Part shown: piece by piece, positions 1 through 9,339 of the stretch | How the letters are laid out: every line of letters begins with the position of its first letter | Numbering within the stretch: position 1 is the first letter of the stretch | Virus record (IMG/VR): IMGVR_UViG_3300017991_000003 | Location: 1 to 64,000 of that record | DNA length: 64,000 bases | Direction: 5' to 3' (one strand) | Source: a virus | Program-made: the position numbers and the translations under genes | The notes under the pieces: model-generated | What the model saw: the letters and a program-made list of their open reading frames with translations, nothing else | Told to the model about the DNA's origin: nothing | The model's database searches: none

Positions 1-76
1 CATTCGTTTTACCCAGACTCGGCGTCTGCTGGCGGGCAACGACGAGATCCAGATCCAGTACGAGGTGGCGTCCTGA
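1..76 (+). CDS. 3' end of an upstream CDS (partial, continues left of window)
   Basis: Open frame from position 2 ending at TGA 74..76 (...IQIQYEVAS*); GC-rich third positions. Confidence 0.3.
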   Translation, partial: IRFTQTRRLLAGNDEIQIQYEVAS

Positions 77-118
77 CCCCGTAGGGGGCCAGTACACTCT
101 CATTGAGGGCCCAAGGAC

Positions 119-1051
119 ATGACTACGCTAGCCAGTCCCGGAACGGTAACCGCGGCGATCCGCTTCGAGCTCGACGACGGCACCGATGTGCAGGTGACGG
201 ACCTCCAGGCGCAGGTCTACAACTCCCTCGGTGAGCTCAAGTACACGGCTACCCTGAGCAGCCCTGGGGGCGATCTCGAGATCGTCGAGGTCAACAACAG
301 CCCCGAGTACTACTACCAGATCGCCGATATCGACGTCTCGGATCACACCGAGTGGCCTGGATCGTTCCTGACGGTCACCTGGACGGTCCTGGACAGTCCC
401 GAGGTCTTCGCGCCCGTAACGAAGTTCTACTCGTTCATCCCCACGGCGCCCCTGCCCGGCACCAGCACGGTCCTGACCTGGAGCCCTGTCCGGGAAGAGC
501 CGCTGTTCGTGGGCTACACCATCTATCGTCGGCTTCCCGATGATTCGGCCTGGACATACATCGGAAGCAGTGACTTTCCGACGTTTGTGGACACCACGGC
601 GTTCTCCAGCGAGCTCATCGCCCTCACGGCGGAGTACGAGGTCCGGGCGCTGACCCAGGACGATTCGAGCCCATCTGGGACGGAGCTGATCGAGGAGCCG
701 CTCTCGAGCGACAACCCGATTGTTACCTTCCGCACCGATCAGGCGCTATGCTTGATCGTGGGTCAGGTAGTGGATGTCGGCGGGCGACCGGACCACGACC
801 AGATCGTCAACTTCTTCATCCACGAGAAGGATGCCCCGACCACCATCGGGCTTACAACCTTCAAGCAATCAGCCGTCACCGTCCCTCTGACGGTCTACGG
901 CAAGTTCGCGGCCCACTTGGTCCAAGGCACTCTGGTCACCTGCGAGATCCCTAGCGCCGGCTACACGGCGCGGTTCGTGGTGCCTTCTGAGCCCTCGGCC
1001 CTTCTCGCCGACCTGACCACCATCCCCATTGAACTACTGCGGGGAGAATAG
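119..1051 (+). CDS. hypothetical virion protein with fibronectin-III/Ig-like motif
   Basis: 310 aa ORF; W-x-P...GYTIYRR motif typical of FN3-like beta-sandwich; directly upstream of the giant fibre-like gene. Confidence 0.5.
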   Translation: MTTLASPGTVTAAIRFELDDGTDVQVTDLQAQVYNSLGELKYTATLSSPGGDLEIVEVNNSPEYYYQIADIDVSDHTEWPGSFLTVTWTVLDSPEVFAPVTKFYSFIPTAPLPGTSTVLTWSPVREEPLFVGYTIYRRLPDDSAWTYIGSSDFPTFVDTTAFSSELIALTAEYEVRALTQDDSSPSGTELIEEPLSSDNPIVTFRTDQALCLIVGQVVDVGGRPDHDQIVNFFIHEKDAPTTIGLTTFKQSAVTVPLTVYGKFAAHLVQGTLVTCEIPSAGYTARFVVPSEPSALLADLTTIPIELLRGE

Positions 1052-1053
1052 GA

Positions 1054-4000
1054 ATGGCTGACCAGAGCTACACGACGACGTCCTACATCACGCTCAAGAA
1101 GCCGGACAGCGGCAGCTTCCAGAACATCTGGGACATCCCGGTCAACGAGAACTGGGACACGATCGCTGCCCTGTTCGCGGGCGCCGTCGAGGTGGGCCAC
1201 ACGCACTCTGGTGAGGACGGCCAAGGTCCGCAGCTGGATCACGTGGACCTGCTGTCGGTGGGCAGCTACACCCACGCGCAGATCGATGCCCACATCGACT
1301 CGTCGCCGCTGCACAAGAACACGCAGGTCCAGACGATCAGTGGCGACCACCTGAACAGCCCGTCGGTCACGATCGTCTCCAACGTCAGCGAGATCCAGTT
1401 CTCGAACGCCACGGTCGTCGACAAGGGCAGCGGTGTGGTGCGCGTGATCGCGCTTGGTACCAGCACGAGCCCCGAGCTCTACTCCAAGGTCCAGTCGGCT
1501 CCTGTGGCCTGGACGGACAACTTCAACTGGCCGCACGCCACCTCGATCGGCACCTACTGCTGGGAGAGCGTGCGGACGACGGATCAGCATCCTGAGTTCC
1601 TGGCCACTGGTCCTGCGGTCGGCGCTCCCGGCACCCTGGCTCGTATCGAGCTGGACGGTGCGGTCGAGCCTCAAGGCTACGCCCTTCAACACGCCACCTG
1701 CCACGTGCCGCACGGCACCGTGCAGCGGGTGACGCTCCATGTCGATCGACTCGAGGGTCCGGCGGGTGAGGCCATCGATACCACCGATGACGTCACCCTG
1801 ACGCTCGATCTGCTCTCTGCTACCATCGGCAAGAGCTTCGACAGGCCTGCGGCCTTCGGCCTCAGCCTGGTCATCAACAAGCCGGCGGGCTCCGATACGT
1901 TGGACTTCGCTTTGAGCCTTCGTCCGCATGGGACCGATGACAACCAGGAGGTGATCTGGACTGACTTTAGCGGTCCCCTGCCGTCGGAGTACGCCGGCAC
2001 CTTTGACCAGCTTCCCCAGGCCTTCCTTGCCGGCTGCCACGAGTTCAGCCTGCGCCGGGACCCGGACGAGGCTGACGCCTTCTGGCTCCAGTACTACTAC
2101 AACGAAGGCCTGGTCTTCAGGAAGTACTTCAGCACGCTGTCGGCTGATCCGACGACGGCGCTGTTCGCATCCGGCCTACAGGATCTAGTCTCCAACCTCG
2201 GCAACTGGCCGACCGACCCGCAGCCGGTCTACGGCCGCATGGGTTGGGGCCTTGGCTACAACCTTGTCTCCGGCGCTCAGCTGATCTGCGACGTGTCCTG
2301 CGCCACGGTGTGCTCGCAGGATGACGTCGAGGTCGTCACGGGTCCGGTGACGCCCTACCCCGAGGAGGTTAGCCCGCCGGGCCAAGCCGCGGCATCCCCC
2401 TGCTGCCCGGGTTACGCCGACTTTGACGGGCTTGCGGTGGGCGACGCCTGGGACTTCGATGGTCCCGGTCTCGGCCTCCCGGAGGCCCAGTGGACGATCA
2501 CAGGCATCATCGGCGACGAGTACGGCACCCAGAACGGTCCCGGCTTCGAGGTCCAGAACCTCTCGGACGGTACCTACTGGCCGGTGTTCTGCGCGCCCCC
2601 GACACTTGACACCTTCACGTCGAACCCCATCTCGGGCTACCAGGTGGATCAGACGGTTGAGCTCACCGGCATCTCACTTCCGGCGGGCAACGATGAGCAC
2701 GCCACGCTGACGATCACCCACGGCGACAGCACTTGGCCGCTGAGCTGGCTGACCCCGGGCAGCTCGCAGTTCTACAACCAGGGCGACACGATCGCTGCTG
2801 GGATCATCACGGTCTCGGATCTGACCTGGACGGCCCAGCCGGACGGCTCGAGCAAGCTGACTGTGACCTACAACACAGGCCCGAACCTGCCTTGGGGTCG
2901 TGTCCTCGACTTCCAGGTCGAGCCGGGCTACGACGTGCTGCTTGCCTCGGACTACACCGCTAGTTGGACGGCTGCTGTTGAGGTGGTGGCGCCTCCGGGC
3001 ATTGTCACGCTTCCGGGCTTCGCTGGGGTCGTGGCGTACTGGGACGATGTGACTGATCCGGCCAACCCTGAGTGGGTCTTGGCCGACGTGCTCACCCCGA
3101 TCCCCGAAGGCTCTTGGGTCTACATTACGGTCTCGGCGGCTAACTGGCCGATGGGGGCGACGTTCTGGGACGAGGGCAACGGGTTCGTTGGCTGGACCAT
3201 CCAGGACACGGCGACTGGCGGCGTGCTTCCGAACGGCGAGTACGGCATCAACTTCCTGCCCTCGAACGGCCTCTCGCTCCTGTGGAGCCAGTTCACCCCG
3301 GACACGGTTCCTAGTGATGTGGGCGGCACCCTGCCGGCCTTCATCTCTGGAGACGAGCCGCCGTCCTCGACGGCGTTCACGACCCTGCCTCCGGGCTATC
3401 AGCTAGGCACCTCAGCTCTCCCGAGCCTAGGCGCGGTCCAGATGTACGCGATCATCAAGCTGGATGATGATTACTACACCACGCAGGGCGGAAACACGCC
3501 GGTCACGCTGGCTCTGCGCAACCCGCTGACCGGTAGCGTGATGGGTACCGGCGATCTACCCGAGACGCTCATCCCGCAGGTCAATCCGCGGGCGCCTGTC
3601 ATCGACGACGCTAGTCTCTCGATCAGCACGACCACCTTCACGCCGGGCGAGGAGGATATCACCCTCTCGTTCAAAGTCTCGTACCTAGACGCGGTGGACA
3701 ACACGATTGAGCTGGGCCTCTCGTCGGGTTGGGACGCCACGATGCCGGCTACGGTGACCATCGACGGCGCTTCTCCGGCTCCCACGATGTCCCTGACCGA
3801 TAACGGCGACGGTACGGTGACCGTCGAGGTCGATAACCTCAAGCTGGGCACCAGCGGCGCGGTCCGCACCTACATCAAGAACTCCGGGATCAGCGACACG
3901 CTGCCGAATCAGGACTCGGTGGCTTGGGGTGTGGTGGATACCACTACGGCGCCTGTCATCGCCCAGGACTCCATCGCGGTTTACGAAAACGCGGCGACGG

Positions 4001-6228
4001 ACATCACGATCCGCGTCAAAGACATCCTCACATCCGCCAATGTGCGCCTCGCTGATATCACGAACTTCACGGTTCCGATCAAGGAGACCGCGGACGAGGT
4101 CTTGGCCAAGACGCCTGATGGCGAGGGCTACTACGCCTGGGACCTGCGTGTCATCGGCATCGAGACGAGTGGTGTGTGGCCCACGACTGTCAACTTGATT
4201 GTTGATAATGGCAACGGTAACACGGATACCCTAACGCTGATCTCGGTGGAGTCAGCTCAGCCGTGCATCACCGAGATCACGGTCGATGACCCCACCCCGC
4301 AGGTTAGTGGTGGCGAGCCCTTCTGGAACTTCGAGGCTGGTATTGCGAACCAACGCACCCTCTACTTCCACACCACTGGGATCAACAACACCCTACCTGA
4401 CAAGCCGTCCTTCGTACCCACTACCGACGTGGGCCCGGGAACGCTGGCACCGGTGGGCAATGTCACACTGGTGTCGGGTGCTCCGCCCGCTGCGGCCATC
4501 TGGGCCCAGGACTTCCTGCGATCGTCCGACGTCGACGCGACGACTCAGATCTCGTTCCTCTCGAACACGGCGTCGAACGGAGACCCGAAGACTTGTACGC
4601 TCTCCTTCCCCGACTCCATCGAGTTCATCGAAGTACTAGGCCTTACCTATAGCGGCTCTGGCGGCGAGGGTGATCAGTCGGCAGGTACCGACTCCTCGAA
4701 ACTGGCTCGGGCCCAAGTGGTCTTCTCCAGCGCTCCCGAGGAGGGTCACTACTCCGAGTTCACCGTCTACGGCCGCTTCTCCCCGGCTGATGGTGCTGGT
4801 AGCGACATCACGGTCGACTTCTACGACGAGAACGGCAGCTCGGTGACCTCGAGTGTGACCGTGACCTCGGCGAGCTCGACCGCGGTCAGCGGCTACGTCA
4901 AGTTCGCCGACGACACCGCGCAGCGCATCCTGCGGGTGCGCGTGACCAACTCGACGCTATCGAAGACCACGACCGGCGTCCTCAACCGCACGGTTGTGAC
5001 GCACCCGGCGCCTCGCGTCCGCGGTGCGACCATGACCCCGCCCCACGAAGGGACGACCGGGGCGACGATCACGGTGGTGGGGTCTAACCTCACGCCCCCG
5101 GATCCGCCGACCGGCGCCTCGGCTCTCAGCTACGGCTACACCTTCTTCGATAGCGCGGCCAGCGCGGTCCTCTCGTCGGTGACCCTGGTCTCGGCCTCGA
5201 GCCGGCAGCTGGTGTTCACCGCAAACGTGGCTGCTAGTACGGCTGGCGAGACGATCGGGATCGCCATTGACTATCTGGGCGGCAACACCCACCGGGCCGG
5301 CAACCTCATCACGGTCCTCGAGGAAGAGGAAAACGACGCGTCTATCACCGACGTGCGCCTGTACGCCAAGGGCTCGGACCTCACGTCCACGACCCCGACA
5401 GCGCCGCAGACCTTCATCGACGGCACGGCATGGCTCATGGTCGTGGGCACCGGCCTCGGCGCCGCCAACGTAGCCTCCGACGGCACGGGCCTCTTCATTG
5501 AGGTGGTCGGCGAGCTCGATGACGGTAGCTCCTCGAACATCGCTGAGACGCCCCCGGGCCCCGGCACCACTGAGGCGCTGGCTAGCACGTCGATCTACCC
5601 CGGCACCTTCCGGGTCCAGAGCGACACGCAGCTCTTGATCGAGGTGCCCTGCACCCCGGCCTACTCCAACGCGCGTATCCGAGTGCACCTGGTCAAGCCG
5701 GCCACGCACCCTGATGGTGCGGTCGAGTGGGACCAGGCAGTGATCGACGACACGGGTGAAGGCACGGCGCGTAACCTGCCGAACGTGGGCTTGACGACTC
5801 GTTACGGGGCTGCGGCCCGTACCCCGAAGATCAACACTGACCCCACGGCCGGCGTCACGCACTACGACGTGGCCCGGGCCTTCCAGGCCAACAGCGGCGC
5901 CGGGACCGAGGGTGATACCTTCTCGGTGACGGTCCGTCTCGAGTCGGCGGTGACTACTGCGGACGCTCCGGCGGTCGTGGCAGTGGCTGACAGCACCTAC
6001 GGGGTCGAGTTCGAGGATGTGACGGTTGCCAAGACCGCTAATCCGCTCGAGATCCAGATCACGGTCACTGTCCCCACGCCTGGGGTGAACAACACCTACC
6101 CCCTGGCGGCGTTCGATTCGGCCACGCCGGCCGTTCCGGCCCTGCGCTTTGCTAACGGGCAGCCCATCGCGGCTGTGACCCTTGGCGCGAGTGATTGGGG
6201 CAGCATCTCCACTCAGGTTCCGTTCTAG
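1054..6228 (+). CDS. giant (1724 aa) putative tail fibre / adhesin-like structural protein
   Basis: Single uninterrupted ORF; Thr/Ser/Gly/Val/Asp-rich beta-type composition; no catalytic motif recognised; ATG at 1054 three nt after the preceding stop. Confidence 0.5.
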   Translation: MADQSYTTTSYITLKKPDSGSFQNIWDIPVNENWDTIAALFAGAVEVGHTHSGEDGQGPQLDHVDLLSVGSYTHAQIDAHIDSSPLHKNTQVQTISGDHLNSPSVTIVSNVSEIQFSNATVVDKGSGVVRVIALGTSTSPELYSKVQSAPVAWTDNFNWPHATSIGTYCWESVRTTDQHPEFLATGPAVGAPGTLARIELDGAVEPQGYALQHATCHVPHGTVQRVTLHVDRLEGPAGEAIDTTDDVTLTLDLLSATIGKSFDRPAAFGLSLVINKPAGSDTLDFALSLRPHGTDDNQEVIWTDFSGPLPSEYAGTFDQLPQAFLAGCHEFSLRRDPDEADAFWLQYYYNEGLVFRKYFSTLSADPTTALFASGLQDLVSNLGNWPTDPQPVYGRMGWGLGYNLVSGAQLICDVSCATVCSQDDVEVVTGPVTPYPEEVSPPGQAAASPCCPGYADFDGLAVGDAWDFDGPGLGLPEAQWTITGIIGDEYGTQNGPGFEVQNLSDGTYWPVFCAPPTLDTFTSNPISGYQVDQTVELTGISLPAGNDEHATLTITHGDSTWPLSWLTPGSSQFYNQGDTIAAGIITVSDLTWTAQPDGSSKLTVTYNTGPNLPWGRVLDFQVEPGYDVLLASDYTASWTAAVEVVAPPGIVTLPGFAGVVAYWDDVTDPANPEWVLADVLTPIPEGSWVYITVSAANWPMGATFWDEGNGFVGWTIQDTATGGVLPNGEYGINFLPSNGLSLLWSQFTPDTVPSDVGGTLPAFISGDEPPSSTAFTTLPPGYQLGTSALPSLGAVQMYAIIKLDDDYYTTQGGNTPVTLALRNPLTGSVMGTGDLPETLIPQVNPRAPVIDDASLSISTTTFTPGEEDITLSFKVSYLDAVDNTIELGLSSGWDATMPATVTIDGASPAPTMSLTDNGDGTVTVEVDNLKLGTSGAVRTYIKNSGISDTLPNQDSVAWGVVDTTTAPVIAQDSIAVYENAATDITIRVKDILTSANVRLADITNFTVPIKETADEVLAKTPDGEGYYAWDLRVIGIETSGVWPTTVNLIVDNGNGNTDTLTLISVESAQPCITEITVDDPTPQVSGGEPFWNFEAGIANQRTLYFHTTGINNTLPDKPSFVPTTDVGPGTLAPVGNVTLVSGAPPAAAIWAQDFLRSSDVDATTQISFLSNTASNGDPKTCTLSFPDSIEFIEVLGLTYSGSGGEGDQSAGTDSSKLARAQVVFSSAPEEGHYSEFTVYGRFSPADGAGSDITVDFYDENGSSVTSSVTVTSASSTAVSGYVKFADDTAQRILRVRVTNSTLSKTTTGVLNRTVVTHPAPRVRGATMTPPHEGTTGATITVVGSNLTPPDPPTGASALSYGYTFFDSAASAVLSSVTLVSASSRQLVFTANVAASTAGETIGIAIDYLGGNTHRAGNLITVLEEEENDASITDVRLYAKGSDLTSTTPTAPQTFIDGTAWLMVVGTGLGAANVASDGTGLFIEVVGELDDGSSSNIAETPPGPGTTEALASTSIYPGTFRVQSDTQLLIEVPCTPAYSNARIRVHLVKPATHPDGAVEWDQAVIDDTGEGTARNLPNVGLTTRYGAAARTPKINTDPTAGVTHYDVARAFQANSGAGTEGDTFSVTVRLESAVTTADAPAVVAVADSTYGVEFEDVTVAKTANPLEIQITVTVPTPGVNNTYPLAAFDSATPAVPALRFANGQPIAAVTLGASDWGSISTQVPF

Positions 6229-6268
6229 CCTATCCTTCTAACTGACGGCCAACAGGGCACTTAGCACG

Positions 6269-6811
6269 ATGACACTGGTTTCTAAGCTCCACAAGCTGGC
6301 CGCGGAGGTCATGTGGGACCCGAGTACTCGCCAGATGAGTGCTCAGCCCACTAAGCCCTCGGCGCAGCAAGCTCAGCAAGATGTGCAGGCGCAGACGGCG
6401 CAGGCTCAACAGGCGATGATGCCGGCGCAGGCTCCTCAGGGTCAGCCGGCTGCTCCTCAGATGCCGATGCAGATGCCGGACATGATGGATATGGAGAACC
6501 AACGGCTCGAGAAGCTGCTCCATAACGCCAAGCTCCGGCTAGAGATCGCCAACACGGAGCAGCAGATCCAGGACGCCAAGAACCCGGAGAAGGCCGACAA
6601 GCCTAAGGATGGGAAGGCGGAGCCGGCGAAGAAGCCCAAGGCCGAGGCTAAGCCCGAGGCCAAGGACAAGGCTGAGACCAAGCCCAAACCCAAGGGGGAG
6701 GACAAGGACCCCAAGACCAAGAATCCCGCAATCCGTGCGGCGGCGGATGCTACGGCAGCCAAGGCCAAGGCGGGGAAACCCCAGAAAGCTCCTGATAAGG
6801 AGAAGGCCTAA
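6269..6811 (+). CDS. low-complexity protein (Gln/Ala-rich N-half, Lys/Glu/Pro-rich KPEAK-type C-tail)
   Basis: 180 aa ORF; strongly biased composition; stop overlaps next start (TAATG at 6809..6813). Confidence 0.5.
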   Translation: MTLVSKLHKLAAEVMWDPSTRQMSAQPTKPSAQQAQQDVQAQTAQAQQAMMPAQAPQGQPAAPQMPMQMPDMMDMENQRLEKLLHNAKLRLEIANTEQQIQDAKNPEKADKPKDGKAEPAKKPKAEAKPEAKDKAETKPKPKGEDKDPKTKNPAIRAAADATAAKAKAGKPQKAPDKEKA

Positions 6812-7839
6812 TGGACAAGCTGGCTGGCAAGATCATCGACTTCAACGACGACCCCCGGTTCGTCACTGACCTGCGTGCTCAGGGCCTCTATGGTCATGAG
6901 CTCGTTGACCCCAAGAGCCTAGACAAGCTCCCGGACTCGGCGTTCGCTATCAAACTGGCGAGCGGGGGCCGTACCCATCGTCGATTCCCGATCCACAACC
7001 GGGTGGCTACGCAGCTTTCCGCGGCCTACTTCGCTGCTGGTGTCGAGTCTGGTGATCTAGCCAAGCTCGGCTCAGCTGCTGCGGCTGCTGTGGGGTACCG
7101 CATCGGCCAGGCGTGTGAACGTTTTGGCCTTGAGGCCCCCAGCGCCTGCGCTGGACTCGAAGACCCGGGCTCGATCGAGGTCGACGTGGACGACATCCCG
7201 CTGGATGAGCCCAAGATGGCCACTGCCGAGGCCCGAGGCTACCTTGAGCAGCGTGTGGCGTCCGGCTTCGTCGAGATGGGGCCTGAGGCACGCACTTTCG
7301 CGGTCCAGTCCCTCGTCAAGGCGGCCGGTGTCGACGCGGTCACGCGCAAGGATCTGTGGGACTACTTCCCCAAGGCGCATCTGGGCCCGGACTTCGAGGA
7401 GGGAATGCACGCCCGCGAGGTCCTGGTCAAGCGTGCTGAGGGCAACCACAGTGATTTGAGCTCGTCCATGTTTGACGCGCTCATGGAGGACCTGCGTAGC
7501 GTAGATCCGCGGGAGGCCCCGACCCTTCTAGGTACCTTCGACAAGGTGGCTGGGCTGACCGACCGGTACAAGGACGGCCTCCCGGACCCCTACCAGACCT
7601 GCTGGGGCGGCTTCTCGCTGCCCAAGGAGGCTCGAGCTCGCTTCGATGGCTCTGTGGACGCCCTCTTGGCGCCTGAGCAGGAGCGTGGTACACCTGAGGA
7701 GTACCTCGTGGACCTCGAGAAGCGCTATCCGACCCACGACGTCAACTTCCCCAAGCTGGCAGCGGTAGCCAGTGCCACAGTTGATGATCGACCCTGGCCC
7801 GACAACTACAAGAAAGCCATCCGGAGGCACTTCGCATGA
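6811..7839 (+). CDS. hypothetical protein
   Basis: 342 aa ORF, coding-like codon bias, start overlaps upstream stop; no motif recognised. Confidence 0.6.
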   Translation: MDKLAGKIIDFNDDPRFVTDLRAQGLYGHELVDPKSLDKLPDSAFAIKLASGGRTHRRFPIHNRVATQLSAAYFAAGVESGDLAKLGSAAAAAVGYRIGQACERFGLEAPSACAGLEDPGSIEVDVDDIPLDEPKMATAEARGYLEQRVASGFVEMGPEARTFAVQSLVKAAGVDAVTRKDLWDYFPKAHLGPDFEEGMHAREVLVKRAEGNHSDLSSSMFDALMEDLRSVDPREAPTLLGTFDKVAGLTDRYKDGLPDPYQTCWGGFSLPKEARARFDGSVDALLAPEQERGTPEEYLVDLEKRYPTHDVNFPKLAAVASATVDDRPWPDNYKKAIRRHFA

Positions 7840-8192
7840 GCCAAGAACACGCAGATGCCCTGATTACGGGCATGATCGCTGGTCTTGAGAAGCATGCTGG
7901 CCAGATCGGTAGCATGATGGACAAGCGTATCGAGCTCCAGAATGCAAACTCGGCTATGCGCGGCGCGGGGAAGGCGGTTGAGCCGGCCGGGCGCGCGTAC
8001 CAACGCCGCCTCGTGGCCGGTAAGCTAAGACGCGGGCGCGCCGCCGGCCTATCGAATACCGAGAACATCCGTCGAGTCAGGGGCTTTGAGCAGACCCGGC
8101 TCGACGCGGCTGAGGGGACACTGGCCGCGACCAGGAGAGCACCTCTACGCGACCGCGCCGGCTGGGCCGCTAAGAGACTCCTTCGTAAGTAG
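7836..8192 (+). CDS. hypothetical protein (Arg/Ala-rich)
   Basis: 118 aa ORF, ATGA overlap with upstream gene. Confidence 0.45.
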   Translation: MSQEHADALITGMIAGLEKHAGQIGSMMDKRIELQNANSAMRGAGKAVEPAGRAYQRRLVAGKLRRGRAAGLSNTENIRRVRGFEQTRLDAAEGTLAATRRAPLRDRAGWAAKRLLRK

Positions 8193-8194
8193 CC

Positions 8195-8812
8195 GTGAAC
8201 CAGGGTGAGGCTCTCTTCCGATCCAAGGGCATCTGGCCCGGGGTCTACCAAGCGGTCCTGAACAAGAAGTTCGGGCCCGCCTGGCTTACGTGGGAGCCCG
8301 AGACCCTCTGGGCAGAGATCAAGCGCGTCTGGAAGGCTGAGCCGAGCGGCGAGATCCAGTCCAAGATCCTCGCTACCCGGATCGCGATGACTACCGACTT
8401 GTTCTACACGGACGCCCCGGCGTTCGAGAACATGATCCTGGCGGTCAACGATGTCGAGTATGACCCCGAGCTCCTCCAGCTGGCTACCCCGGAAGAGATC
8501 GTTTACGGTGTGCGCATGCTGTCGCCTTTGCGTGACGGCTCCTTCAACCGAGAAGTGACGGGCTACATCCGAGCCTGCTGCCGTCGGGCCGGCCTCCTGC
8601 GCTATCCCGACGACCTGCGCTTTGCTGAGCCGCAGTACCCAGACAACCTGGCGCGCATCGTCTCTCAGATCACCACTAAAGAAGCTGGCGACGACCTCGA
8701 CCCGCACGATACCGTAGCGGTGCAGTCCAACAATCTGTACCGGATCCAGGTGTACGTGAACGAGAAGCTGGCCCAGATGAGCACTGACGCTCTGACCCCC
8801 TCCACAGAATGA
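8195..8812 (+). CDS. hypothetical protein
   Basis: 205 aa ORF starting with GTG at 8195; stop overlaps next start. Confidence 0.55.
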   Translation: MNQGEALFRSKGIWPGVYQAVLNKKFGPAWLTWEPETLWAEIKRVWKAEPSGEIQSKILATRIAMTTDLFYTDAPAFENMILAVNDVEYDPELLQLATPEEIVYGVRMLSPLRDGSFNREVTGYIRACCRRAGLLRYPDDLRFAEPQYPDNLARIVSQITTKEAGDDLDPHDTVAVQSNNLYRIQVYVNEKLAQMSTDALTPSTE

Positions 8813-9339
8813 CCGAGACATGGAAAGAGGTCCCGGGCTACCCCGGGTACGAGGTCTCTGATCAGGGGCGGGTACGATCGTGGCGATCCAAACGCTACCC
8901 CGGGAAGCGTCGCAAGAAGCCGTGGGTTCTGCGCCCGTGGACGAACTCGGAGGGGTACCTCCGCGTCAGCCTTTGTAAGGACGGGAAGCGGGATACGCGG
9001 CTTGTGCATCGCGTAGTGCTCTCGGCGTTTGATCCTGACCCGCCCGCAGAGCGGTTCCAGGGAGAGCATCTAGACGGGAGCAAGGACAACAACAAGCTAG
9101 CTAACCTCCGTTGGTCGACTCCAAAGGAGAACAACGCTCGGAAGCATGAGCACGGTACTCAGCCGAAGCGCGGTGAGGAGTCACACCAAGCCCGTCTAAC
9201 CGAGGATCAGGTTCGAGAGATCCGTCGGCTGAAGGCGGAGGAGGGGTGGTCGTTCACCAAGCTGGGCAAGCACTTCGGTGTCAGCGATGTGGCTTGCTCC
9301 AAGATCGTTCGCCGTAAGACCTGGAGTCACGTCAAATGA
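8809..9339 (+). CDS. free-standing HNH homing endonuclease (NUMOD4-like N-terminus)
   Basis: N-terminal W-x-x-VPGYPGYEVSDQGRVRS motif; HNH core EHLDGSKDNNKLANLRWSTPKENN (about 9064..9129). Confidence 0.7.
   Translation: MTETWKEVPGYPGYEVSDQGRVRSWRSKRYPGKRRKKPWVLRPWTNSEGYLRVSLCKDGKRDTRLVHRVVLSAFDPDPPAERFQGEHLDGSKDNNKLANLRWSTPKENNARKHEHGTQPKRGEESHQARLTEDQVREIRRLKAEEGWSFTKLGKHFGVSDVACSKIVRRKTWSHVK

Noticed and set aside
7742-8821. 359-aa - strand ORF overlapping three + strand genes.
   Set aside because: Shadow frame spanning several + strand genes; no motifs.
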